A DNA stretch of 61,838 nucleotides, filler included, from Circinaria calcarea (taxonomy: Eukaryota): NCBI GenBank assembly GCA_051942165.1. It is 2 parts of 2 records of this genome, joined end to end, with 100 filler letters (N's around TTAATTAATTAA, not from the genome) between each part and the next. Parts side by side here need not be neighbours in the genome. Positions count along the whole stretch, not along the records: positions 31,187 to 61,838 come from JAVECS010000043.1; 1 more part is not named here. The stretch is one strand, 5' to 3'. Both the position numbers and the translations under genes were made by a program. The notes under the pieces are model-generated. The model ran no database searches and had not been told where the DNA came from. It worked only from the letters and a program-made list of their open reading frames with translations. Each line of letters starts with the position of its first letter. Positions within the stretch are counted from its first letter, which is position 1. This document shows positions 46,421-57,497 of the stretch, piece after piece.

Positions 46421-47383
46421 TTAGACCTGGTTGCTTTCGAACCCCATCTTCTTACGCAAGAAAGCAACGATGTCGTCAATCTCATCGGGTTCCTTGTACC
46501 AGTGGTAGAAGTCTTGATATGCCACCCAGGTGACGTCCATCCCAAGCTTTTCCAGCGCTGCAGCTGCATCTTTGCCGTGGTCAATACTCACCTTCTCGTC
46601 CGCAGTCCCATGCCCCAGGAAAACAGGCGTCTTTAAGGCAGCTGGGCAACATATCGCAAGGGGAGGGAGATCTATGTTGTCCCTGAGGAAGTTCAGGGCG
46701 CGAATCTCCTCTTTGCGCGGGTTGGACTCGGACCCAGCAACATTATCGGAGGCGAAAATATCTGCCTGGCCTACTGGTAAGGACAAGTTGTCGGCGACTT
46801 CGATAATAGCCTTACAGAAGGGCAGCCAACCACTCATCCCAACCATGGCTCCAAGTGAGCTCGATTCCTCCATGTTGCGAGGCGTAGGTGGCTGAAAGGT
46901 CAGAAGCGCGTACAGCGCAGTAGCACAACCTTGACTTAGACCCCCAATGATGATGTTGCCACATGGTATCAATTCCATTTCATCTTGTATAATCTTGTGG
47001 ATAAAGGTTGAGCTCTCACGGAGACCCTCTAGCTGTAACTCGTTACGGAAACATGTATCGTCCAGCGAGACAATGTCAAACCACTGATTGATGGTACAGC
47101 GATTTGAACGAGCCATCCGGCGTTTCTTTGCTGTGGGGAAAACGAACTTCATGCCAGGGAGTAGCTCCTGCAGAGGTTTGCCGCAGGAGGCCTCGGCGGC
47201 CAGAAACTCAGGTCCAAAGCTGTTTCCAGCACCCCCTCGGCCGTGAAGTAGGATAAAAGTATGCGTATGCTGCCGCTTTGGCGGAAAGATTAGAGGTTCA
47301 AGGTGACTTTTGCTGGGTCTTGAGTACCTGACATCTCCATCGTCATTAGAACCCTCCCCTTTTTGGACTGTGGCTGCAGCCAT
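46421..47383 (-). CDS. Phospholipase/carboxylesterase (acyl-protein thioesterase-like alpha/beta hydrolase)
   Basis: ILLHGRG, QWFDI, GGLSQG nucleophile elbow, GMSGWLP, FLGHGTADEKV and FYHW. Confidence 0.88.
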   Translation of the reverse strand: MAAATVQKGEGSNDDGDVRYSRPSKSHLEPLIFPPKRQHTHTFILLHGRGGAGNSFGPEFLAAEASCGKPLQELLPGMKFVFPTAKKRRMARSNRCTINQWFDIVSLDDTCFRNELQLEGLRESSTFIHKIIQDEMELIPCGNIIIGGLSQGCATALYALLTFQPPTPRNMEESSSLGAMVGMSGWLPFCKAIIEVADNLSLPVGQADIFASDNVAGSESNPRKEEIRALNFLRDNIDLPPLAICCPAALKTPVFLGHGTADEKVSIDHGKDAAAALEKLGMDVTWVAYQDFYHWYKEPDEIDDIVAFLRKKMGFESNQV

Positions 47384-48185
47384 AGCGGAGGTATGATAAC
47401 AAGTAGATCTCCGACTCGTCCCTGAGTGGCATAAGGCTGGTTTCTTAAAAGAAAAAAGTCAAGGGCACGGCTAGTAAGGCTAGGCTACGCTCGCAACTAA
47501 CTAACTGATCGGATTTGCTGCTTCAAGTACCCAAATCATGAGATTTGTATCCAGCTCCGTCAGACGACACCCGCCGTCGACTGCTTCGGCTTCTGGAAGT
47601 CCCGCACTCGAGGTTTTCACACAGAAGTCAACGACACCAAAGTCAGATCCTTGAGATTGTTCACCTCGACCCAGCCCCAGACTCTGCCGGGCCCCAGAAT
47701 CTACTACCAGCAGATATACTCAATGCCTTATTTCAGCTCCGACCTCACTGTGCTTCGACCGGTGCTCATATGAACTTCTAATTCCAACAAATTGGATGGG
47801 CTTTTCATCACGTAGGTTCTCGTGCTATGTGGGCATTTGTTCCACCATTCACCACTTCAGGACATGCATAGAAGGTGAGCGAGGTAGAGCTTAGAGCCTA
47901 TTGCTGTAGAATCCAAGCGGTTTCATTCGTCCGTGTCGCCCACACTAGCGTGATTGAAGATATACGGGTTTAATGCGACAATCTCTTGAACAATGCCACA
48001 CCATACCCCTCCCTCCACCCACACAACCGTGTTCTGGCAGAGCCACCATTAGCGGTACAATCGGCTTGATTATCTCGCTCTAGCCTTCCCTTGGTGGTCC
48101 GTTAATCAGGATCGCGGGCGCTGGGCCGATTGCCTTCTTACGTGTTCAAATTCTGGATGACTGTCCTCGGCTGGCTCTCATAAAC

Positions 48186-49421
48186 ATGTTTGGGATCCTA
48201 CACCCGGAGCGTGGAGAGTCGCTCGATCGGAGACCTACGCCCCCGGATGACTCCCCTCCACCGCCCATGAGTATGGCAGGGCCACCCCCGGGGCACTTTT
48301 CAAGCCGAGAAGACATGCTTGCCTTCATGAAAGAATGGGCCGAGGGCCAGGGTTACGCAATAGTCATCGGTCGCTCTCGTCTCAACAGGCTGTGGCTCAA
48401 ATGCGACCGAGGTGGTGTGTACACTGACAGACACGGTCTGACACCAGAGAACCGGAAGAGGCAGCGCGGGGGGTCTCGACTGACCGATTGTCCCTTCAAG
48501 GTCCTTGCCAATGTCAGAAAAGATGGTATTTGGAGGTGTCACACCGAGACGGCGGAGCACAATCATGGTCCGTCCGAGGATCTTAGCATTCACCCTTCAT
48601 TGAGGAGGATGACTGATGAGCAAATCCAGAAGGTTAATGAAATGACAGAGGCTGGGAATAGTCCAGTCGAGACGCTTGAGGAGTTGCAGCGAATTTGGCC
48701 AGGGATAAAAGTACTCCGGCGGGATATCTACAACGCGAGGAAGAAATACAAGACCGAAAGGGAGCTAGCAGAGAGAGCACAGGGTCTTCACGAGCCACAA
48801 CCATACGAAGACCCCAACGGCCGGGTGCCCGGTCCAACGCGCACGGGACGTTGGGAATGGCTAGAAGAAGGAGATGAGATCAAGAGAAAGAAAAAGACGA
48901 AGCTATCTCAGATTGCTCTACAGTCACTTGACCCCATGCTAAGAGAGTCAGGTCCTGCGCGTGTTCTACAGGTCTCGACTCGTAGACAAGCTGCAGGACT
49001 AGGTATTCTACCGCCAAAGTCCTTTCAACCCGCTCATTCCATTTCAACCCAACATCAACCAGCACATGCCGCATCACGAGCTCAGGATTCTACAGGTAAT
49101 AGCGCGATTGGAACCGATGATAGTTCACTGATGCAACGCTACAACGAAGCCCCGCTGCTCGTAGGGTCGGGACAGCGCCAAACGACGCAACCGACTACTC
49201 CGGAGGGAGGGCCGCTGGCTCAACCAATCAGGCATACGAATTCCATGGAGGGTGGAATGCTAATATCCGGCGCCAATGGAGTTGCTGGGACATCCAAGGC
49301 ACCAAGCGGACAGGTTTTGATGTCGAGGATCGAGCGGATGGAAAAGGAGCAGAGAGAGCAGAAGACCAAGCTTGACCAGATATTAGAGGCAGTCCTAGGA
49401 CGGTCTTGTGCTTCAACGTGA
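48186..49421 (+). CDS. FAR1/WRKY-GCM1-type DNA-binding protein (Mutator-transposase-derived N-terminus, no DDE domain)
   Basis: FSSREDMLAFMKEWAEGQGYAIVIGRS, LKCDRGG, SRLTDCPFKV, W...EHNH and RRDIYN. The remainder is low complexity with a terminal coiled coil. Confidence 0.75.
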   Translation: MFGILHPERGESLDRRPTPPDDSPPPPMSMAGPPPGHFSSREDMLAFMKEWAEGQGYAIVIGRSRLNRLWLKCDRGGVYTDRHGLTPENRKRQRGGSRLTDCPFKVLANVRKDGIWRCHTETAEHNHGPSEDLSIHPSLRRMTDEQIQKVNEMTEAGNSPVETLEELQRIWPGIKVLRRDIYNARKKYKTERELAERAQGLHEPQPYEDPNGRVPGPTRTGRWEWLEEGDEIKRKKKTKLSQIALQSLDPMLRESGPARVLQVSTRRQAAGLGILPPKSFQPAHSISTQHQPAHAASRAQDSTGNSAIGTDDSSLMQRYNEAPLLVGSGQRQTTQPTTPEGGPLAQPIRHTNSMEGGMLISGANGVAGTSKAPSGQVLMSRIERMEKEQREQKTKLDQILEAVLGRSCAST

Positions 49422-49991
49422 GTAGTCCGGCTTGGCTTTTGCTTCGGCGGCGGCTCCATGTCATGGTCAGGAGTTCTTCAAGTCAGCAATAGCCTATGAT
49501 ACCCCTCTAGCTTTCTATCCTCACAGTCGAGGTAGCTTGTCACACCGTAACTTGAAACTATTTCAAGATAAATTTACCATTACTTCGCCCGTGACAGCGG
49601 TGACGTCGATAGTTTTCTTGGTGGGTGTGTGACATGCTTGAGCGGCTTTGTTGTCATTCTTTATATTTACGGCTCTCAGATCATCTCGGAAATGGGGGTA
49701 GGGAGGCGAATATGGATTACCTCTAGAATGTACGTGAACTGTACCGTACCAACTTCGTACCGTGGAATCATACTGTAATTTAGAGGTGGTCTGTTCCGCA
49801 TGACCGGCCCCCTTGCACGCGCCAACCTGCGGCAGCATATGTATATCCTAACCCCCCTGGCCTACCCAACGTGCCAACATCCCAAAGCTCACAAGAAACA
49901 CCAACCAACCTAAACGGACGAAAGCCCCCAGCTTCTTCTCGTCATAGTCGTCTACCCAAACGGTTTTGCGCCTGGATCGATCAGACGAGCC

Positions 49992-51540
49992 ATGGTGTCC
50001 TTTTCATGCGAGGTACTAATGCGCTCCCCTTGCCCCTCTATCAAAGGTTGGGCACAAGTGCAGGTCGAATCATGGCTAACATGGGCATCCTCGCCCGCGC
50101 ACAGAACTGTGGTGATGTCCTGACCAAGAAAAAGCTGGATGCTCATCGGGGACACTGTCGAGGCGCCTCCTTTACCTGCCTGGATTGCATGACGCATTTT
50201 CGGGGCACCGACTACAAGGCACATACGGTACGTCTGCCTCTGCGTATCATGGACACGAACATCCCGTGTTTCCTGAACCATGCTTGACGCTGGCTGGATT
50301 CATGCGTACGACCTTTTGATCCTCGAACGACTAGTTCTGACAAGCTCATCATCCGTAGGCCTGTGCCTCGGAAGCACAAAAATACCAAGGTGCTTTATAC
50401 AAGGAGAAGCCTGCAAAGGCGAAGAAGTCGGTCACAATTTCGGAATCTACCGCAATTGTTCCCCGTAAAGCCTACGTGGAGGATGCGTCCGAGGTGGAGC
50501 CCAACAACTCCATCGCTGTTGCCGACGCCCCTCCCCACGCACCTAGTCCTCCTTCGGCGATACCAGCTGAATCCGTAAACGTTTTTGATTTCTTGGTGAA
50601 CGACGAAACTCCTAATGCCTCCAGAATATTCTTTGGAGCCTCGAAAGAGCAGACGCAGATAGCGGATCATGCCCCTTCAGCACTGGAGCCAAAGCAAGGG
50701 ACTTACGAGCTAGAAGGGAACGATAGGTGCGAAGAGTATCACGATGCGTTCGAGGGGAATGCTTATGTATATGGCGCGGATGCCGTTCCAACAACGAAAC
50801 ATTTGTCATATGAGACCCCAGCACCTAAAGGCCGGGAAAACTACAACAGAGACTCGATCTACGAACTGGATGGGCGAGAGCAGAAATCAACGGACAAGAA
50901 ACGCAAGCGACAGATTGATGAACTCGACCTCACACAAGCAAGGAGGTCAAGTCATGAGCTAGATGAGGAAATGGTCGATGCACCGCCAGTGCTACATCAT
51001 TCAGGCTTAACCGGCGGCCTCAACCGCTTACTATCAAAATCGAAATTCCCACCAAGTCCGGATTACTCCGGCGGCGATGGAAACGACCCAGGTCCGCTCA
51101 GTCCTGTAAAGAGGGCAAAGCAGATCAAAGGTAGGGGTAGAACGTCCTCCGCCCTGATAAAAGTGCGCAAGATCAGACGGACATCAGATGAAAGCCGACC
51201 CCGAAAGCACCATCGACCGCATCATCAGAGCGACCATGACGATCATCGTACAGACCGATCTAGGCGTACCGTGAAGGCCATCGAACACTCCTCACAAAGC
51301 GCTGGGGACTCGAAACAGCAGCTTATTCTTTACAGGACCCGCGCTGAGCTTTTCATGTCTTTCGTCACGAAGGGACCAGAGAGTGAGACCGGGTGTAGTA
51401 TCAACAAAGCTTTGAAGCGATACCACCGTGAGAGAGGAGAGCAGGGCCTGGGCCTAGGTAAGGTGGAGGAAGAGAAAGAATTATGGAAGTCTTTGAGGTT
51501 ACGACGTAATGAAAGAGGAGAGATTGTGCTTCTTTTCTGA
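49992..51540 (+). CDS. LYAR-type C2HC zinc-finger nucleolar protein (3 exons)
   Basis: Spliced MVSFSCE|NCGDVLTKKKLDAHRGHCRGASFTCLDCMTHF...YKAHT|ACASEAQKYQGALYK. Confidence 0.9.
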
Positions 51541-52584
51541 GTTATACCCTATGGTTTTGTTTCTGTTCGTGTTGCGCAGTTACACGCTGCGTCAGTCGAT
51601 AACGTTTGCGTATGCTCCTTGTTGGCACACCCTGTATTACTCTTACTTTCGATCTCCGTGTAGATATCAAGACTAGAGCTGCGACCAGATCATGGCATAT
51701 CTATTGCGTCGAGGCTTTATTGGGCCAGCAGATCATAGCTGAGAAGGTCGAAGTGAACTTTGGAACAATAGCGGAATGTGACCTCGTTGTCTCATGTAGC
51801 TCTATAGTCAGAGTATGCCAATACTCCGTGTTCTTGTCTTTTTCGCTCCAGATTACCTGCCCTTGTCTTTCCTGTTTCTTCAAAAAGACCCGCTGCCTAC
51901 TCGGAATATCTCTTTGCATTCCAAAATGTTTTCATCACCATTCACTCCTTTCTCTGGATGTCTTCATGAGCCCGACAGTCAAGACGAAAAAAAACCTCAA
52001 GGCATAACTCCTATGATGGTGAGCGCCTGAAGAATCTAATGAAACTAACAGACACCCAACTTGAGACAGTCTCCTTCTGGTAATGGTTTTTTTGGCATGG
52101 CCCCGCGGTTTCATGAACATTTTATTCAGGTGAAGGCTGGATGGCAAAACTCGTTCATGAAGTGAGGTTTGCCCACACAAGGGGCGGGGTGAACATATCC
52201 ATCCGACAAAGAGTCCGTCCATGAACTTCCCCCTTGAGCCCAGTATTTATCTTTACCTCAGCTCTCGCTGTCCGAAACCTCAAAATGAACCGAGTGGCGC
52301 CCAACACATGGGCGGAGCTCTACAGAAAATGTCAAGGTAGACAACGGCCAGGAAGAAAGCAGTACATTAACCGGACGGAATTCGAGCAAGGACCATACTA
52401 AGGAGCAGAAGGGATAGGTTGAGGACATTTATGTAATCTTCGCAGCATTTGGCTGAGATTCCTTCATTTCGGAGGGGCTTGAGAATTCAAACTCGAGGAA
52501 AAATAGTAAGTCGCACTGACCTGCTTCTGTAGCAGATGCGAATTGAAATAGACGATGTTGTAGTCTTCCAGGAAACCCATAGAA

Positions 52585-53837
52585 TTATTGTCCTATTTCT
52601 ACGGTATGGCCAACATCATTCGTAATCGTACCCCTGTTAGTGAATCTATCATGGTTGTACCCTTTTGCCTCCTCAACATACTCCAACCAGCCAAACGTGT
52701 CCTCTATCTTCCCCTGCTGAATTCCCTTCAGCATCGTCAATAGCTTCACGCAAGCCGGACCTGGCTCCCCACTTCCATCCTGATATAAGAACTTATCATT
52801 TCGAGATTTCGTTGTTATCGATTTAATGGGGACCAAACCCGCGGCCGTCCCCGCAGCCATTACCTCTGTGAACGTCGACAATTCTTCGTATTTGATAGAG
52901 CGCCGCTCGACTTTCCACCCCAAAGACTGGGCGATTTCGGCTGCACTGTCTGACGTAACACTCTTGATAACATTCTTACTGTCTGGAATAGCCATAGTAT
53001 ATTGTTCACCTTCTTTCTTTATGCCAATGAAACCAGACGTCGAGAACTCGTCGATCTCGGTTCGTGTCCGACTGTCAAGGTGTAAAGTGATACCGAAGCC
53101 TTCCGATCTGGCCTTCTCACTCCATCGTAGCACAGGGGCGTAATTGCCGCCGATTTTGGCGGAACCTGTACCTTCGGGAGCTGCACGGTCAAATTCTTCG
53201 AGGATGAGTGCATTGATCGGATTGACACCATGATAGACGCCAACTGGAAGGACATAGACACAAAAGGTATACTCTTCAGGCGGGTTCAGGCCCAATTGCG
53301 CGGAACTGCCGAAGAGCAAAGGGCGTATATACATTGCTGCACCGGTATGGTGTGGGGGCACGTATGCTGCATTCAGCGATACGGCCAAATGTACGCATTT
53401 GACAAAGTGAGCGTTCGGGACGCTGGGTATTGAGATAAAGGAAGCCGAATGGGCCATCCGGGAGGCGTTTTGGGAAGGGCGGAAAATAGCAATTCGGTTA
53501 TCGGGGGTACGGAAGGCTTTGATTCCTTCATACGACTGTTGACCGTAGTTGAGACCTGGCGCCATACCGTGAATCCGGAGGAAGGGGTCGGTGATGAAGG
53601 TCGGCGGACTCCATTTTGCGGTCCTGACGGAATAATGAGACTCGATGTGACCGTTGACTGAGAATTCATTAGTAGGGTGCTCGAGATAGCGTCGACGGTG
53701 AAAGAGAAGACACCCTCTCGAACTCGAAAGCCTATATCATCCCAGTCTATTCCAGCTGACTTAGCTCACAACACATTTTGTCGACAGTGCTGGGGCCGCT
53801 AACCTATAGTCTCTACAGGAGGCGGTGGAAAAGACAT
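52585..53837 (-). CDS. Branched-chain amino acid aminotransferase (class IV PLP enzyme), 3 exons
   Basis: LNYGQQSYEGIKAFR, MYIRP, AKIGGNYAP (PLP lysine), IDEFSTSGF and GTAAGLVPI. Start is MSFPPPPVETI. Confidence 0.92.
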
Positions 53838-54280
53838 ATTGCTGCAGGAGCTTTGCTTTGACCCTCTATGACCACAGCTTATCAAAAAGAGTCTTGTTTG
53901 TATATGGGAGAAGATGACCTTTTGATAGAGAACTGGAGAAAAACAATCCGCCTTTAGTGTTGGATCTAGAGTCACTGCTGACGCCGAGAAATAAGAATCC
54001 TTATAAACCACAATACCGTGTCACGTGTATGTGAGATGTCCGGAGCCAATGTCGGTCCGCCGTGCCCTATTCGAGGTATGGTACTCTGTACTGCCACTTT
54101 CGGGCGAATCTCCAGGATAATTCGCGGGACAACAGGCAGTGACCGCAGATCTCAAACATTTGGTTTCGTAGAGAGGGAATAGGTTATTTATTGGTGAAGC
54201 CTTTGCATCCTTTTTCTTAAATAAAGATGTAAAGCTCCTTGACAGTCTGCATCACTTGATCTCAGAGTCGAAAAGGGAGC

Positions 54281-55162
54281 ATGCCTTCCGGTCCACCACG
54301 GAATCGCTGCGTTCTTAACCTTCTCTTCGCGGCTTTGGCCCTACTCTTCATCACATTTCTTGCTTTTTCTCTTCATGATGGCTCAGATGCTGTGTATTCC
54401 AATGCGCCTATCCATAAAGTCTCGGTGGCAGACAGCACTCTCCACGGTGGCGCCATTATGGGAAAGCTTGGAAACGAGACTTTAAAGTATCAAGGGGATC
54501 TCCAAAAGGGTGGGGAGAAGGTACAGAGACGGCTGATACGTACCTAGAGCCGAGCTTGGACGAGCAGCCTGGAAACTGCTTCACACTACAATGGCCCGTT
54601 TCCCTAACGCGCCCAGCAAAGATGAGCAGACCGCACTCTTTTCCTACGTCCATCTCTTCGCGCGATTATATCCTTGGTATTTGCCTATCTCTAGTCCCAT
54701 CCTCCCCCGCTAAGTCAGTGGCAGGGCACGATGCTGACATTTTCTTTCACAGTGGTGAATGCGCCAGCCACTTCCGTCAAATCCTACAAAGGTTCCCTCC
54801 GCAAGTGAAAACCCGATCTTCTGCTGCTGCTTGGGCATGTCATGTGCATAATGAGGTCAACAAGAGTCTAAAGAAAACAGTCTTTGACTGCTCACATATT
54901 GGGGATTTCTATAATTGTGGATGTGCAGAGAACAAAGATGAGAAAAAGGCAGCGTCGCAGAAGGAAGTGAGATGAGAAGAAAGTTGTATGCTCGAGGAGG
55001 AATGTGGCTGATGGACTTTGAGATCCAGACTCCCGAGGAATCTATTACGGAAATCGAACTCGAAAAAGAAGGGTACTCTCCCTATTCCAACCTTCTACTA
55101 AGTCATTATCAATCCTCCCTGCTAACTGATCCATTTGTTCTAGAGAAGCCTTGGGAGGGTAA
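54281..55162 (+). CDS. ERV2: FAD-linked sulfhydryl oxidase Erv2 (multi-exon)
   Basis: N-terminal TM anchor, IMGKLGNETL|AELGRAAWKLLH, spliced LYPCGECASHF (CxxC), WACHVHNEVN and YNCGC. Confidence 0.92.
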
Positions 55163-57497
55163 ACATCTTTGCCCTAGCTGAGAAGGCCATATCTCACAAA
55201 CCAACCTTTCAATCTGACGTGCTCGCCAAAGGACTAACTAGTGGTGATGCATTTTGCACCGCGATAGTTGATAAAAGGAAGTTCCGTACTCTTACACTGT
55301 CAATCACAACCTCAAAATCTGATCGCTTCAGCGTCCTATGCCAGCTGTCCACATCCCATCTGTACAATGCCGTACCCCTGATTGACCCAATTCCTTAATC
55401 CATCGACTAGTCAGGACGATTTTTCAAACAGGTTACTCATAACTTTATAAGGAATAATCCTGCTGGAAATAATAAGTACGCAACTAAACAACCATATCGA
55501 CGCTCAAACGATAAATACAACTTTGGGCCACAAAGTACATTTCCCATTTTGAGTTGCACTTATAGGAACGTCGGAAGTGCTGCTACTGCATGGTGAAGGG
55601 AGTACTGAAGGTCAACAGTACCATTACCGTCCATTCATGCTTGTTAACGCACAGTCCAAAACTACGTCTTCCATGGCGCGCCCTCTTCTAATGACACCCC
55701 TCTTGCTAACTTATTATGGTTCCAGCGATTGCAGCATATAGATTGTTAGGAGCGCAATCTAGATGGAGAAACTTCCGTCGCTCACCAAAGATAGGCTCAT
55801 CTTCTGCGGCTAGCTACACAGTGACCATGGTCCAAATGGCTTTAATGCAAATATCAGAAGCTAGCGATTCGATAGGCGCGCGTCATGGTAAGTAGAGAAG
55901 AGAGATGAGGCTATAGTCGTTCGGAAGATTGAGCATGAAAGTAGGACCAGCGTGAAACGAGAAGTAACAGAGTTAGATTCTGAATTGATGGGAGACAAGT
56001 ACGGACTATCGTCGAGAGCTGGGGTGGCTGACTAGCACTGCCCTCTACGTCCGATTTAGGCAGCTCACGCAATGAGTTGGTTCAAGAATGTTATCTGGGA
56101 ACGTCGGTTCCAAAGCCACGCGGAAGATGAAGGCGGTGAGACCAACACCGCCTGAGCCAGTGCGTACACTCATATATTCAAGAACAGCTTGACATACACG
56201 AAAGGTCAAAGCTGAGGTCCGATTGTCTGCAGCAAAGTTTGGAGCGCCGCTGCATCAGATGCTTCGACTGACTGAGGTCAAAGTCAAAAGACTCTCGCTT
56301 GGGGATGAGATGAGGCGAGACTCCTGGATGGCGTGGAGCTAAAGGAAGCAGAATTGGATAAACTCATCAACGTGCTCCGCGTCATATTCCATCTATCAAA
56401 GTGTTTCCCGTCGTCAAGCTCTTCGTCAAAGTGTTATCGCTTGGTGCAATTCTATCCTGTCGACGGGTTCTCTGCCAACATGATGCCCGTTAGTGTACGG
56501 TCTGATTAGACGCTGGTTGCCAAGGTGCTGGCTGGAAGTTCCTATGGCGAGATTCTGGCTCATGTGCAGTCAAGCAACAATGCATGAAAGTGGGAAGTTC
56601 CTCCCAATAAAGCCTTGTTTCCAATTTCCGGAGGCTTACAGGCAATGACGAGGAGCTCAAGGGAGAAATGCAACTACATTACAAAGCCCTAGCGAGAATC
56701 ATAACTTCACGGAATCTCCAGGATGGGCCCCACCGACGACGATTAGATATCAAGGGAAGCCCTAATGACTAATTTGGGCAAAAGACTTGTATCGATGAAA
56801 CCCGACTTCACGTCTTGGAAGGGATGCATCAGATGACGAAGATACTAGGAAAATCTCGGCACCTGACTCTAAATTGGACTGAAGAACTTTCACGATAACA
56901 AAGTGATACCCATTATCATGGAGGATTTTCAATATCGTTGGCGAGGCAGTCGGAACCGGTTGACTATTCCGTTGGCAAAGTCCTGTCGAGGTTGAATTCG
57001 GGGACGCTGGATCCGACAAGTCCATAAGCGGGAAGCTCAAGAGGGGGAAGCCCGAACCGAAGAAGCTTGGGTTGGTGTCGGAAGGCTCGAGAATAGGGAT
57101 GTCGAGTGGGCCAAATTATTGCGGTAAGCACGGCGGACGTATGGCGAGAGGGTTTGGGTATAGCACGTCACATGGTTACAGCATCTCATTGATTCAGCTT
57201 GGCGCACAAAGACCTGGTACAACTGCCTAGGCCGTGAGATACAGCATCGGAGCTTCCATGCCGATGTCGTAAAGTAGAACGGCACACTGCCCCTTGACTA
57301 GTGCCTGCCTGCATGCAGTAAACCCCAATCAAGACCAACGCGGGCCAGAACAGTGACGCGACGATTCTGGAAGTGGCTCGGGACCTCTCACCGGCCATTC
57401 ATGCCCACGAAGCCCATCTGCCGTCTTTCGGGACTAGCCGAAGTCACCATTCGGAGGAACACGCCGAAATTGCATGGCGTAGACCTTACCGGCATGC

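Noticed and set aside
48186..49421. Active Mutator transposon
   Set aside because: No DDE domain, terminal inverted repeats or target-site duplication could be seen.
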